A stretch of 64,000 nt of DNA from Promethearchaeota archaeon. Lineage in GTDB: Archaea; Asgardarchaeota; Lokiarchaeia; Sigyniarchaeales; SOKP01. The notes beneath the pieces are model-generated. The model was given only the letters and a program-made list of their open reading frames with translations, did no database searches and was not told the DNA's origin. The position numbers were made by a program, and so were the translations under genes. This document shows positions 1-9,230 of this stretch, in pieces (the first letter of the stretch is position 1; each line of letters starts with the position of its first letter). The DNA lies in the NCBI GenBank assembly GCA_048938855.1, contig JBHLLT010000001.1, positions 384,124 to 448,123 of the forward strand. The letters are read 5' to 3'.

Positions 1-378
1 GCAGGGCAAGATTCATTTGAAGCGTTACGTCAAAGGTTCTATACTGGTAGTAGCGGAGGAATTATCGTTTTTTCTCACGCTCCAGATCAAATTGAGAGTT
101 ATCGTGGTGTTAATAAATGGATTAATGATCTTCAAACACATTGTGGAAACATTCCAATAGTGTTATTTGGAAATAAAGTAGACTTAGTTGATGATGGAGA
201 ATTAGCCTCAAATCCAAATTTACCAACTTCTGATGCCATTGTTGATCAATTTGCGAAACAAAATAGATTTGTTGGATACTATAAAACGAGTGCTTTAACT
301 GGCCAAGGAGTAACTGATGCTTTTAAAGCACTTGTAAGAAAACTGTATATGATTGCAAAAGTATCAAACTACACCTAA
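1..378 (+). CDS. Rab/Ras-like small GTPase, 5'-truncated by the window edge
   Basis: Frame 1 is open from base 1: AGQDSFEALRQRFY (G3), ...GNKVD (G4), TSA (G5). The ORF track shows only 160..378. Confidence 0.88.
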   Translation, partial: AGQDSFEALRQRFYTGSSGGIIVFSHAPDQIESYRGVNKWINDLQTHCGNIPIVLFGNKVDLVDDGELASNPNLPTSDAIVDQFAKQNRFVGYYKTSALTGQGVTDAFKALVRKLYMIAKVSNYT

Positions 379-425
379 ATTTAGCTATAACTATAATTTT
401 ATTAAAAAAAGTATCAAAAAAAAAA

Positions 426-2678
426 TTAGGTCCTTTTGTAAATAAACCTTTCCCAACTCTTCTTGGAAGGCATTTCTTCGGGCATTCCTTTTCTCTTGCG
501 AATTTCCATAATAAGGCTCTCTTCCATGGACCCTGGTACCTTTTCAAATCCTAAAAACTCGTAACCGAAAAATGCTCTCCCTTGAGTCGAACCCCTAATG
601 TCATCCGCTATTCCAATGGTTTCAGCGGCCGGAATCTGTCCTTGGATTCTCACGTATTCTCCTTCTGGAATTACATTTGTTATTCGCCCACGTCTTTTTG
701 TTACTATTGTTGAGACACTTCCTTCAGTTCCTTGCGGTGATTTTACATCAATTCTTTGGATTGGCTCAAAAAGATGTGGTTTTGCGTCCAACATGGCTAA
801 GGAAACAGCAGAGAAGAACATACCGGCAATCTGCCCATATTGCGTATGGCGTGGGTCTTCATGGATTGTCATGTCTGTAAATACTATTTTGATTCCTGTA
901 GCTGGTTCTTTAGCAATAATACAATTCCCAACCCAATCCCTAAAAGCAGCGCTTAAATAAGATTTCACTCGGTCAAATCTTTGTAGTCCAGTTGCACCAT
1001 TCACCAAAGCACATCCTTGATATACATCAACAATACGTCTAGCTTCTTTAGCGTCCCATCCGGCTTCATCTCTGAGTATTTGAGCTCTGTCTTTTTCATT
1101 TTGTAAATCATTAACTTTTCCTGTTTCGATTAAATGTTCAGTTGTTTCATCCAATGGCTCGATATATAAAAGGATTCGATTATGTGTATTTGCCGATTTC
1201 GTATAATAATCAGGACTTTTTTCTGTAATTTTTTCTCGATAAACAATAATGGGTTCTCCAATATTAATTTGAACTTGATTATTTATCCTTTTTACTAAAA
1301 TTTCTATCTGTAATGGATCGATTCCAGATAAAATAAACTCTCCTGACTCTTCATCCCTTCTATATTCTGCTGTTGGATCTGCTTTCAGCCACTTGCTTAC
1401 AACTTCATCTAATTTATCAATTTCATGTGGATCTTTCGGTTTTATACTCCTTGAAACGACCGCTTCACACGCATAATGAATTTTTTCAAATGAAGGTAAT
1501 CTCTTTCTTTCTTCTTTATCCTTAGGTATATCATTTGTTAACATAAATGTCTCACCAGAGGGACAAATAAAACCGAATAAAGCGAAGAGATTTCCTGCAG
1601 GAATCTTAGGTATATCTAAAATATCTGTAATTTCCATAACACCCAATCTTTTCACTCTATTGCTTGAATCACTATTTATAAGATAAATTGAATCAGTCTG
1701 ATCAAAAGTTCCAGAAAAAACACGACCAATTAGTGTTGCTTGGTAATTTCTTTTAGGATCGAGAAATATTTTTGTAATCATACCGTATAGAGGTCCATTA
1801 GGATCGCTTTTTTGGAGTGACTGTCCAAGTTCAGAATTTAAATTGTGATCCCAAATATGAGGGATTCTATACTTAGAAGCCGTAATAGGATCAGGAAGAT
1901 GATCAACAATCATTCTTAACATTGGTTCATCTAAAGGTAGATTATCTCTTAACCATTGAATATCCCCTTCATTATACTTTTCAAAAACGTCTTGAGGCTT
2001 CAAGTCCTTTTCAAGTAAAATTTCATAGGTAAAACCCCATCCATGCTTCGCTGAACCAACGGCAACGGAATTTTTGGCAAAATCAATACTCCAATCCGAT
2101 CCTTCTGGCCTTACCTTTTTGATTAAATCATTCACTTCTCTTGTGATTTTATCGATTTTTGCGAATGTTTCCTGAGGACTGAGTTTTAATTCACTAATCA
2201 ATCTGTCGACTTTATTTATGAAGAGGACAGGTTTACAGTATTCTTCACCAACAGATAACCTAATATTAGTTTCTGTTTGAGTCATGACGCCTTCAAGTGC
2301 ATCCACTAATACTATAGCACCATCACTGCCTCTTAAAGCTCTTGATACTTCTCCTGTAAAACTTATATGACCAGGCGTATCATTTAGCTGAATGATGTAA
2401 GGCTCTTCATCATCAGGTTTTCTTGGGTCATTGAATGCGAGGAGGACAACACTAGTGAATATTGTTATTCCGCGCTCTTGCTCTTCATCATCACTGTCGG
2501 TCATCTGTAGTTGACCAGCATCTTCAGGCCTCATAAGTCCAGCTCTCCGCAATAAGTAATCTGTGGCAGTAGTTTTACCATGATCGATATGAGCGGTTAT
2601 ACTAAAGATTCTTTTTTTCTCATAGGAACCCTCAGTGACCAATTTTGCTATTGTCTCGGGGTTTTTCACTTTAACCAT
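426..2678 (-). CDS. fusA: Divergent translation elongation factor 2 (aEF-2 or its paralog aEF-2p)
   Basis: AHIDHGKTT, ERGITI, DTPGH and NKVD motifs, with EF-2 domain III-V layout. The diphthamide loop reads HEDPRHTQYGQ. Confidence 0.9.
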   Translation of the reverse strand: MVKVKNPETIAKLVTEGSYEKKRIFSITAHIDHGKTTATDYLLRRAGLMRPEDAGQLQMTDSDDEEQERGITIFTSVVLLAFNDPRKPDDEEPYIIQLNDTPGHISFTGEVSRALRGSDGAIVLVDALEGVMTQTETNIRLSVGEEYCKPVLFINKVDRLISELKLSPQETFAKIDKITREVNDLIKKVRPEGSDWSIDFAKNSVAVGSAKHGWGFTYEILLEKDLKPQDVFEKYNEGDIQWLRDNLPLDEPMLRMIVDHLPDPITASKYRIPHIWDHNLNSELGQSLQKSDPNGPLYGMITKIFLDPKRNYQATLIGRVFSGTFDQTDSIYLINSDSSNRVKRLGVMEITDILDIPKIPAGNLFALFGFICPSGETFMLTNDIPKDKEERKRLPSFEKIHYACEAVVSRSIKPKDPHEIDKLDEVVSKWLKADPTAEYRRDEESGEFILSGIDPLQIEILVKRINNQVQINIGEPIIVYREKITEKSPDYYTKSANTHNRILLYIEPLDETTEHLIETGKVNDLQNEKDRAQILRDEAGWDAKEARRIVDVYQGCALVNGATGLQRFDRVKSYLSAAFRDWVGNCIIAKEPATGIKIVFTDMTIHEDPRHTQYGQIAGMFFSAVSLAMLDAKPHLFEPIQRIDVKSPQGTEGSVSTIVTKRRGRITNVIPEGEYVRIQGQIPAAETIGIADDIRGSTQGRAFFGYEFLGFEKVPGSMEESLIMEIRKRKGMPEEMPSKKSWERFIYKRT

Positions 2679-2743
2679 AATATATTCACGTTGTATTAAT
2701 TAAATTTAATTCTCATGTTATAATTGAGGAAAAGAATACAAGA

Positions 2744-2764
2744 AATCATAAAAGTTTTATGATT
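2744..2764. promoter_or_regulatory. Perfect 21-bp palindrome upstream of the EF-2 gene (possible operator)
   Basis: AATCATAAAA-G-TTTTATGATT, 66-86 bp upstream of the EF-2 start. It is AT-rich, so it could be chance. Confidence 0.3.
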
Positions 2765-2830
2765 CTAATAAAAAAATTAACTTATTCATAAATAAAATAA
2801 ATATAATGCATTCTTGGATTTTTAATAAGA

Positions 2831-4288
2831 TTAGATATACAGAGGAAGGATTATAGCTTTTAATATATTTATTGTTTTTTTTCCGGAGGAAGTAATAGCA
2901 TCAAAAGAATTTGAGCAATTGATAATTTCAAAATTGTCTGGAATCTTATTTTTTATAAATTGAGTTAAGAAATCATAGAAATTATTAAATTCTCTTGAAG
3001 TTTCTACCCATAAATAGCCGTCTTTTTCAAAATAAGATGGATTTTTTCGTTTAAAATTATTGGAATGAATTTTTTCTTCAATTGGAGGCCCCCTACGTAT
3101 ATAATTATCAGAGATGTAAGGTTTTTCACAATAGAATGCGAGATTATATTGGTTATTTTCATCTTCAAAATATGATTCAAAAATTATCTTTCCAAATCGA
3201 TCAGTATGAGAAAACTCTTTTTCACCATTAGCTTTAATACTGTCTCCTAAAGAATAGAGTTTATCTCTATTTATAGTATAGTGGATTTTATGGTCTGTAT
3301 TTAGTAATTCTAGTATGAATATTTTAGAAAGTAATGGATCTTCTTTACTTTTTAAACTAACTTCTGGAATTGGTTTAATTGTAAAAAATCCTGGGTCTGG
3401 ATTTTTTAAAAATTCACTAATTTGTTGATTGCAGTATTTATATGCTCTCTCAGATATTGATGATGCCACATTTCGATTTTTGTCTATAGGATCTATTATG
3501 ATAAGATAATCATTTTGAAAATGGACAATCTCGCTCAATTCTTTTTTACTTCTGTTATAGTAGTCTAATGGTTTTTCACATAACTCATTAAAATTCTCAA
3601 AAAGGTCTTTAAGGTTATTATAATAATAAATTAATAATTCAGCGCTATAACCTATAAAACCAACTTTACCTACTGCACTCTTATCACCATAACTATGACA
3701 AGCTTTAAAAAATTGTTTTAACAGTCGGACTTCATTTTTTTGTTGAGGCGTTAACTTAATTCTAACAAAATCACCATGCCAAGGTGATCTATCAACTGCG
3801 GTAATTGGCCCATTTTTCTTAATATATTCTAAATCTAATTCGAAATATAACACAATATCAATTTTAACTTTTTTATCTTTTGAAATGTAATCGACTGTAA
3901 CGTATGGATGTTCTGCATATAAAAGACGAGGATTATGGAATTCATCTAAAGTTAAGCTTTGAAGAATCCAATTATTACATAATGACAAAAAGTCTTTTTT
4001 TGACTCGACTTTTAATTTATTTCTACTCAAACCTTGATATTTAGATTTATAATGCTTATAATCTAATCCAATAAAATAATCAATATCAAAATCATTGCGT
4101 AATTGAGTTTGTTTAATTCCAGTCGAGCCTTGTGGTTCCATTCGCTTAAATTTTATTCCTAATTTATCAGCTCTTTTCTCTAATAATTTCCTTAGTTTCT
4201 CAGTTATTCCATTTATTAATTCCAGTTCTTCATTTGTTGGAATTATTCTGCTTAAAACTTCTTCAAAAATTTCATTGATTGAATTCAT
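2831..4288 (-). CDS. cca: Class I CCA-adding tRNA nucleotidyltransferase
   Basis: GS...DFDIDYF nucleotidyltransferase motif, YAEHPYV, TAVDRSPWH, DPIDKNRNVAS. Confidence 0.92.
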   Translation of the reverse strand: MNSINEIFEEVLSRIIPTNEELELINGITEKLRKLLEKRADKLGIKFKRMEPQGSTGIKQTQLRNDFDIDYFIGLDYKHYKSKYQGLSRNKLKVESKKDFLSLCNNWILQSLTLDEFHNPRLLYAEHPYVTVDYISKDKKVKIDIVLYFELDLEYIKKNGPITAVDRSPWHGDFVRIKLTPQQKNEVRLLKQFFKACHSYGDKSAVGKVGFIGYSAELLIYYYNNLKDLFENFNELCEKPLDYYNRSKKELSEIVHFQNDYLIIIDPIDKNRNVASSISERAYKYCNQQISEFLKNPDPGFFTIKPIPEVSLKSKEDPLLSKIFILELLNTDHKIHYTINRDKLYSLGDSIKANGEKEFSHTDRFGKIIFESYFEDENNQYNLAFYCEKPYISDNYIRRGPPIEEKIHSNNFKRKNPSYFEKDGYLWVETSREFNNFYDFLTQFIKNKIPDNFEIINCSNSFDAITSSGKKTINILKAIILPLYI

Positions 4289-4395
4289 TTAATTAATATG
4301 ATTACAGTAAATTAATATTATTAATTCTTTTTTTCTATTGAATTTTAATTTTAATTTGTAAGGAATCTCGTTTAAGAGATTAATATATGAAAATA

Positions 4396-6198
4396 CTACA
4401 TGCCCCACCAAGGATGCGTTGTCTTACGCATTAAAGTAATAAATTCTCTAAGAGCCTGTTTTTGATCTGTGGTTAATTCATCAATAAATTTTCCCATTAG
4501 TTGCCTTACATGAGATTCAGGAACTAAAACAAATAAGGTTTCATCTTTTTCTAAATCTCGCCCAATTTCGATACCACGAATAGAAATAGCTACTTCTGAA
4601 TCTTTAGGTGCTTTATCTAGTGTCTGTCCTTTATCTTGGATTTGATGTACTCTTCTAACTCGTTTGCCTTTATCAGTAATTAATTGAACTTTTGGATATA
4701 AAGTCCCTGCTTCGACGTAAACTCCAAAAACAGCAGGATCTGAATTTCGAAATATAAATTCAGGAAACATTTTAATTTTAGCGGGTAAAATCAGCTCACT
4801 TAAACCTTTTGCGGTATCTTCTGCTTTTCTAGTTTCTGCATATTCTATATAATCCTCTAATAATCGATAGATTACATTATTAGTGAAGATCCTGATGTTA
4901 TCCTTAATAGCTTGTTCATTGGCTTCAGGTAAAATGGGTACATTAAAACCTAGTACTGTTGCAGAATATGGATCCAACTGTTTTACTATATTTGCATTAA
5001 TAATATCTTCTTTCTTTATCGGACCTACATCAGCTATGCTAATTTTTACTCCATTTTTAGTAAAATGATTTTCAAGAGCTTCAAGAGAACCTAAAGTATC
5101 CGCTTTTAATACGACCCCAGCTTTCTCAGTTTTTATCCTAATACTTTCTACTTCAGATTCAATTTCGCTATAGATTTGATCTTCTTCAGAGGGATCCATT
5201 ATTCCTCTAAACGGAGAACCGGCTACCACATCTTCGATATTTGGAGCAAGAATTTTAATACCCGCAGCGGCACTTATAGTATCAACAGAATCAAATTTTT
5301 GTCTTGGATCTCGAATTTCATCTAAAGGCTTTGGTATTAGTAATGCTCTTACTTTAGATTTAATAGGTTTTTCTAAACCACCAACAATAAACTCGTCCCC
5401 TTTATTAATAAGTCCGTCATAAATAAGAACATCCATAGTTTTTCCCTGACCCTTTTCTTTCTTAACTTCTAATACAACTCCTTTAGCGGATCCTTCAGAA
5501 TACTTAAGATTTGTAGTTAAATATTGTTGAACTAATCCCATCAAAATCATGAGAAGTGTCGATATTCCTTCACCTGTTTTTCCACTTGTTGGTACTATTG
5601 CTATTTTTTTAGTAAAATCTTTTATTTTATCATAGCGATCAATTCCCTTAAAACCCTCTTCTAAAAAGTTACCTACAATCTGTAATAGCTTTTCATCTAA
5701 AAAATCTTTTACATGCGGCTTTTGAAAATTATAGGAATCAAGAAAATCAGCATCTGTTTTTGATTTCCATCCTGAAATTCTATCTATCTTATTTGCTGCA
5801 ATTACAAATGGTGTTTTCCTTTCTCGTAGTATCCTAACAGATTCCCAAGTTATTGGCATTGTCCCCGCTGTAACATCTATTACTAGAATTGCTATATCAG
5901 CTACAGCACCGCCTCTTTTTCTCAGATTTAGAAAGGCTGCGTGGCCTGGAGTATCTACAACTAAAATACCAGGAAGTTTAATTTCTTTTTCAGCAAATTC
6001 TTGTTTAGATTTTTTCAAAAATTCTCTGATATCTTTAGTTGGGAAATAAGAAGCACCTATATGTTGTGTAATTCCTGCAGCTTCTCTTTGCTGTACTACT
6101 GTACCTCTTATATAATCTAGGATAGTCGTTTTACCATGGTCAATATGACCAAGTATACACACAATCGGTGCTCTAATTATTTTGTTTTCTTCAGTCAT
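4396..6198 (-). CDS. infB: Translation initiation factor aIF5B (IF-2)
   Basis: GHIDHGKTT, GITQHIGA, DTPGH, KADTLGSLEAL, C-terminal WWGM. Confidence 0.97.
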   Translation of the reverse strand: MTEENKIIRAPIVCILGHIDHGKTTILDYIRGTVVQQREAAGITQHIGASYFPTKDIREFLKKSKQEFAEKEIKLPGILVVDTPGHAAFLNLRKRGGAVADIAILVIDVTAGTMPITWESVRILRERKTPFVIAANKIDRISGWKSKTDADFLDSYNFQKPHVKDFLDEKLLQIVGNFLEEGFKGIDRYDKIKDFTKKIAIVPTSGKTGEGISTLLMILMGLVQQYLTTNLKYSEGSAKGVVLEVKKEKGQGKTMDVLIYDGLINKGDEFIVGGLEKPIKSKVRALLIPKPLDEIRDPRQKFDSVDTISAAAGIKILAPNIEDVVAGSPFRGIMDPSEEDQIYSEIESEVESIRIKTEKAGVVLKADTLGSLEALENHFTKNGVKISIADVGPIKKEDIINANIVKQLDPYSATVLGFNVPILPEANEQAIKDNIRIFTNNVIYRLLEDYIEYAETRKAEDTAKGLSELILPAKIKMFPEFIFRNSDPAVFGVYVEAGTLYPKVQLITDKGKRVRRVHQIQDKGQTLDKAPKDSEVAISIRGIEIGRDLEKDETLFVLVPESHVRQLMGKFIDELTTDQKQALREFITLMRKTTHPWWGM

Positions 6199-6317
6199 TT
6201 TAAATCACAAATCTAATTTGATGATTTCGAAAAAACTTTCACTTATAATAAAATTATTTTCTATAAGTTTAGAATTTTATTTTAAAACTTTAAAAAAAAT
6301 CTAAGACATTTGAAATA

Positions 6318-9191
6318 TTAATTCTTATTGAGGTATGGTTTTAAATATTGCGCAGTAAAAGAATGACTTTTTTTAACAATTTCTTCAGGAGATCCCATTA
6401 CCACAATATTACCTCCTTTCTCACCGCCTTCAGGACCCAGATCAATAATATAATCTGTAGATTTTATTATATCCATATTGTGTTCAATTATAATTACTGT
6501 ATTACCTTTATCAACTAATTTTTGAAGAACTTTAAGTAAATAATTAATATCGAAAGAACTTAATCCTGTTGTAGGCTCATCTAAGATATAAAGAGTATTT
6601 CCTGTACTCGTTTTTCTTAATTCTCTAGCGATTTTTAACCGTTGGGACTCTCCCCCACTTAGAGTGGTGGAAGATTGACCTAATTCTAAATAACCTAAGC
6701 CTACATCTACCACTGTTTTTATAGTACGTTTTAAATTCGGAATTTTGTCAAAAAATTCTAAAGCTTGATGAAAGGTCATCTTAAGAACATCATAAATTGA
6801 TTTGCTATGATATTTAATTTCTAAAGTTTCAGCATTGTATCTTTTACCCTTACATAAATCACATTTTATATAAACGTCCGGCAAAAAATACATTTCTTTT
6901 AGGATATATCCTGTTCCCTTGCACTTTTTGCAATGCCCAGAGGTAGTATTAAAACTAAATCTTCCTTTATTATAACCTCGTTCTTTAGCTTCCGGTAATC
7001 CAGCAAAAATTTCCCTGATATAATCAAGCGCTTTTGTATAAGTAGCAGGGACTGACCGTGGAGTTCTTCCGATAGGAGATTGGTCAATATTAATAATTTT
7101 ATCTATTTTTTCATATCCTTTTATTTTATCAAATTTACCTTCGGTAACTTTGGAACTCCTAGTATTTATTAAATTATGAAGTCCATTATGTAAACAATCA
7201 ATTATAAGGCTAGTTTTCCCCGCTCCTGAAACTCCAGTTATACAAGTGAAAATCCCTAACGGTATTTTAACATCAATGCCTTTTAAATTATTTTCTTTAG
7301 CCCCTAATACTTCAATGAACTCATTATTTACCTTTCGTCTAATTTTTGGCAGAACAATTTTTCTTTTTCCTGATAAATATTCTCCTGTTAATGATTTCGA
7401 ATTAAGTATTTCTTCAATAGGCCCTTCAGCAACGATTTCACCTCCATTTTCTCCTGCTAATGGCCCTAAATCTATTATATGATCGGCACTGCGCATTATT
7501 GCTTCATCATGTTCAACTACTATTACTGTATTTCCTAAATCCCTTAACTTTTTTAACATATCAATAAGACGATTAATATCTCTTTGATGAAGTCCTATAC
7601 TAGGTTCATCTAAAACATACAATACTCCTACTAAACTAGAACCTAATTGAGTAGCTAATCTAATTCTCTCAGCTTCTCCTACAGAGAGAGTATCTGAACG
7701 ACGGTTTAATGAAATATAATCTAAACCAACATTTTCAAGAAAAGATAATCTGTTAAATATCTCTTTTAATACTTCTTTAACTATTATCTTTTCAGTTTCA
7801 TTTAATTTAAGTTCTTTAAAAAATTTTAAAGAATCTTTTACTGAGTGTGCTGTTATTTGTGCTATATTGAGATTATTAACTGTTACTGCTAAACTTTCAG
7901 GTTTTAATCTTTGACCATTGCATTGTGGGCAATTTATTCTATTCATAAAACTTTCATAAACATCACGAGCCCATTCAGAACGAGTTTCCATATATCTTCT
8001 ATGCAGGATTGGAATTATACCCTCAAAAGGTCTCACAACTTGCCAAGAAGATTTGAATTCACCATTATAGTTTTTGTATCCATTATTTTCGCTTTTAAAA
8101 TGAAAATCAATTGATTCATTTTCAGAACCAAATAATATTTTTTGTAATTTTTTGGGGTCGATATCCTTGATTGGCGTTTTGTCAGTGTCAAATCCATAAT
8201 GTTTTGCAACTTGAACTATTGTTTGCCATGAATAACCATTGTCAGAACCAAATCCAGGAATGTCTCTAATTGGAGTTTCTTGGATTGGAATATCCATATC
8301 ATTTCCTAATAGCAAACCATAATCAAATTCCATAACTGTTCCTAATCCACTACAATATTTACAACTGCCATGTGGAATGTTAAAAGAAAACATTTTATGA
8401 TCCAATGGAGGAAATGATATCCCACAATCTATACAAGCAAGATGTTCAGAATATATCTGCTCCTTCTCTTCTAATACTTCAACAATTACAAGTCCATCAG
8501 TTAACTTTAACGAAGTTTCGACAGAGTCGGCTAATCTAGATTTAATATCCTTATTCATAACTAATCTATCAATAATAACGTTGATATTATGTTTTACATT
8601 TTTTTCCATTGAGATTTCTTCATCTAAAGTATATTGAATACCATCAACTTCCACTCGTAGATATCCTTGTCTCTTTAAATCTTCTAGAAGCTCTTTATAT
8701 TCTCCCTTTCTGTCTCTTATCACAGGTGCTTTAATAATAAATTTTTGACTTTCCTTGACAGTATCTAAGACTTGTTGGATTATTTGTTGAGGAGTTTGAG
8801 GTTTAATCTCTTTTCCACAATTAGGACAATGTGGAATTCCAATGTTAGCAAATAATAACCTATAGTAATCATAAATCTCAGTTACAGTGCCAACTGTACT
8901 TCTTGGGTTTTTTGATAAGGGTTTTTGCTCAATTGCTATTGCGGGAGATAATCCTTCTATAGAATCTACATCAGGCTTATCCATTTCACCTAAAAATTGT
9001 CTAGCATAACTAGATAATGATTCTAGAAATCTTCGCTGACCCTCAGCATATAATGTATCCATTGCTAGACTACTTTTTCCACTACCACTGATACCTGTAA
9101 TAACCACCAACTTATTTCGTGGAATTACAACATCAATGTTCTTTAAATTATTCTGCCTTGCTCCTTTTATTATTATTGAATTTTCAGTCAT
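6318..9191 (-). CDS. uvrA: Excinuclease ABC subunit A
   Basis: Two ABC ATPase modules (GISGSGKSS, GVSGAGKTS), Zn fingers, LDEP motifs. Confidence 0.97.
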   Translation of the reverse strand: MTENSIIIKGARQNNLKNIDVVIPRNKLVVITGISGSGKSSLAMDTLYAEGQRRFLESLSSYARQFLGEMDKPDVDSIEGLSPAIAIEQKPLSKNPRSTVGTVTEIYDYYRLLFANIGIPHCPNCGKEIKPQTPQQIIQQVLDTVKESQKFIIKAPVIRDRKGEYKELLEDLKRQGYLRVEVDGIQYTLDEEISMEKNVKHNINVIIDRLVMNKDIKSRLADSVETSLKLTDGLVIVEVLEEKEQIYSEHLACIDCGISFPPLDHKMFSFNIPHGSCKYCSGLGTVMEFDYGLLLGNDMDIPIQETPIRDIPGFGSDNGYSWQTIVQVAKHYGFDTDKTPIKDIDPKKLQKILFGSENESIDFHFKSENNGYKNYNGEFKSSWQVVRPFEGIIPILHRRYMETRSEWARDVYESFMNRINCPQCNGQRLKPESLAVTVNNLNIAQITAHSVKDSLKFFKELKLNETEKIIVKEVLKEIFNRLSFLENVGLDYISLNRRSDTLSVGEAERIRLATQLGSSLVGVLYVLDEPSIGLHQRDINRLIDMLKKLRDLGNTVIVVEHDEAIMRSADHIIDLGPLAGENGGEIVAEGPIEEILNSKSLTGEYLSGKRKIVLPKIRRKVNNEFIEVLGAKENNLKGIDVKIPLGIFTCITGVSGAGKTSLIIDCLHNGLHNLINTRSSKVTEGKFDKIKGYEKIDKIINIDQSPIGRTPRSVPATYTKALDYIREIFAGLPEAKERGYNKGRFSFNTTSGHCKKCKGTGYILKEMYFLPDVYIKCDLCKGKRYNAETLEIKYHSKSIYDVLKMTFHQALEFFDKIPNLKRTIKTVVDVGLGYLELGQSSTTLSGGESQRLKIARELRKTSTGNTLYILDEPTTGLSSFDINYLLKVLQKLVDKGNTVIIIEHNMDIIKSTDYIIDLGPEGGEKGGNIVVMGSPEEIVKKSHSFTAQYLKPYLNKN

Positions 9192-9230
9192 TCTATACTA
9201 CGATTTTCAATTAAAAGTATTAGAAAAAAT

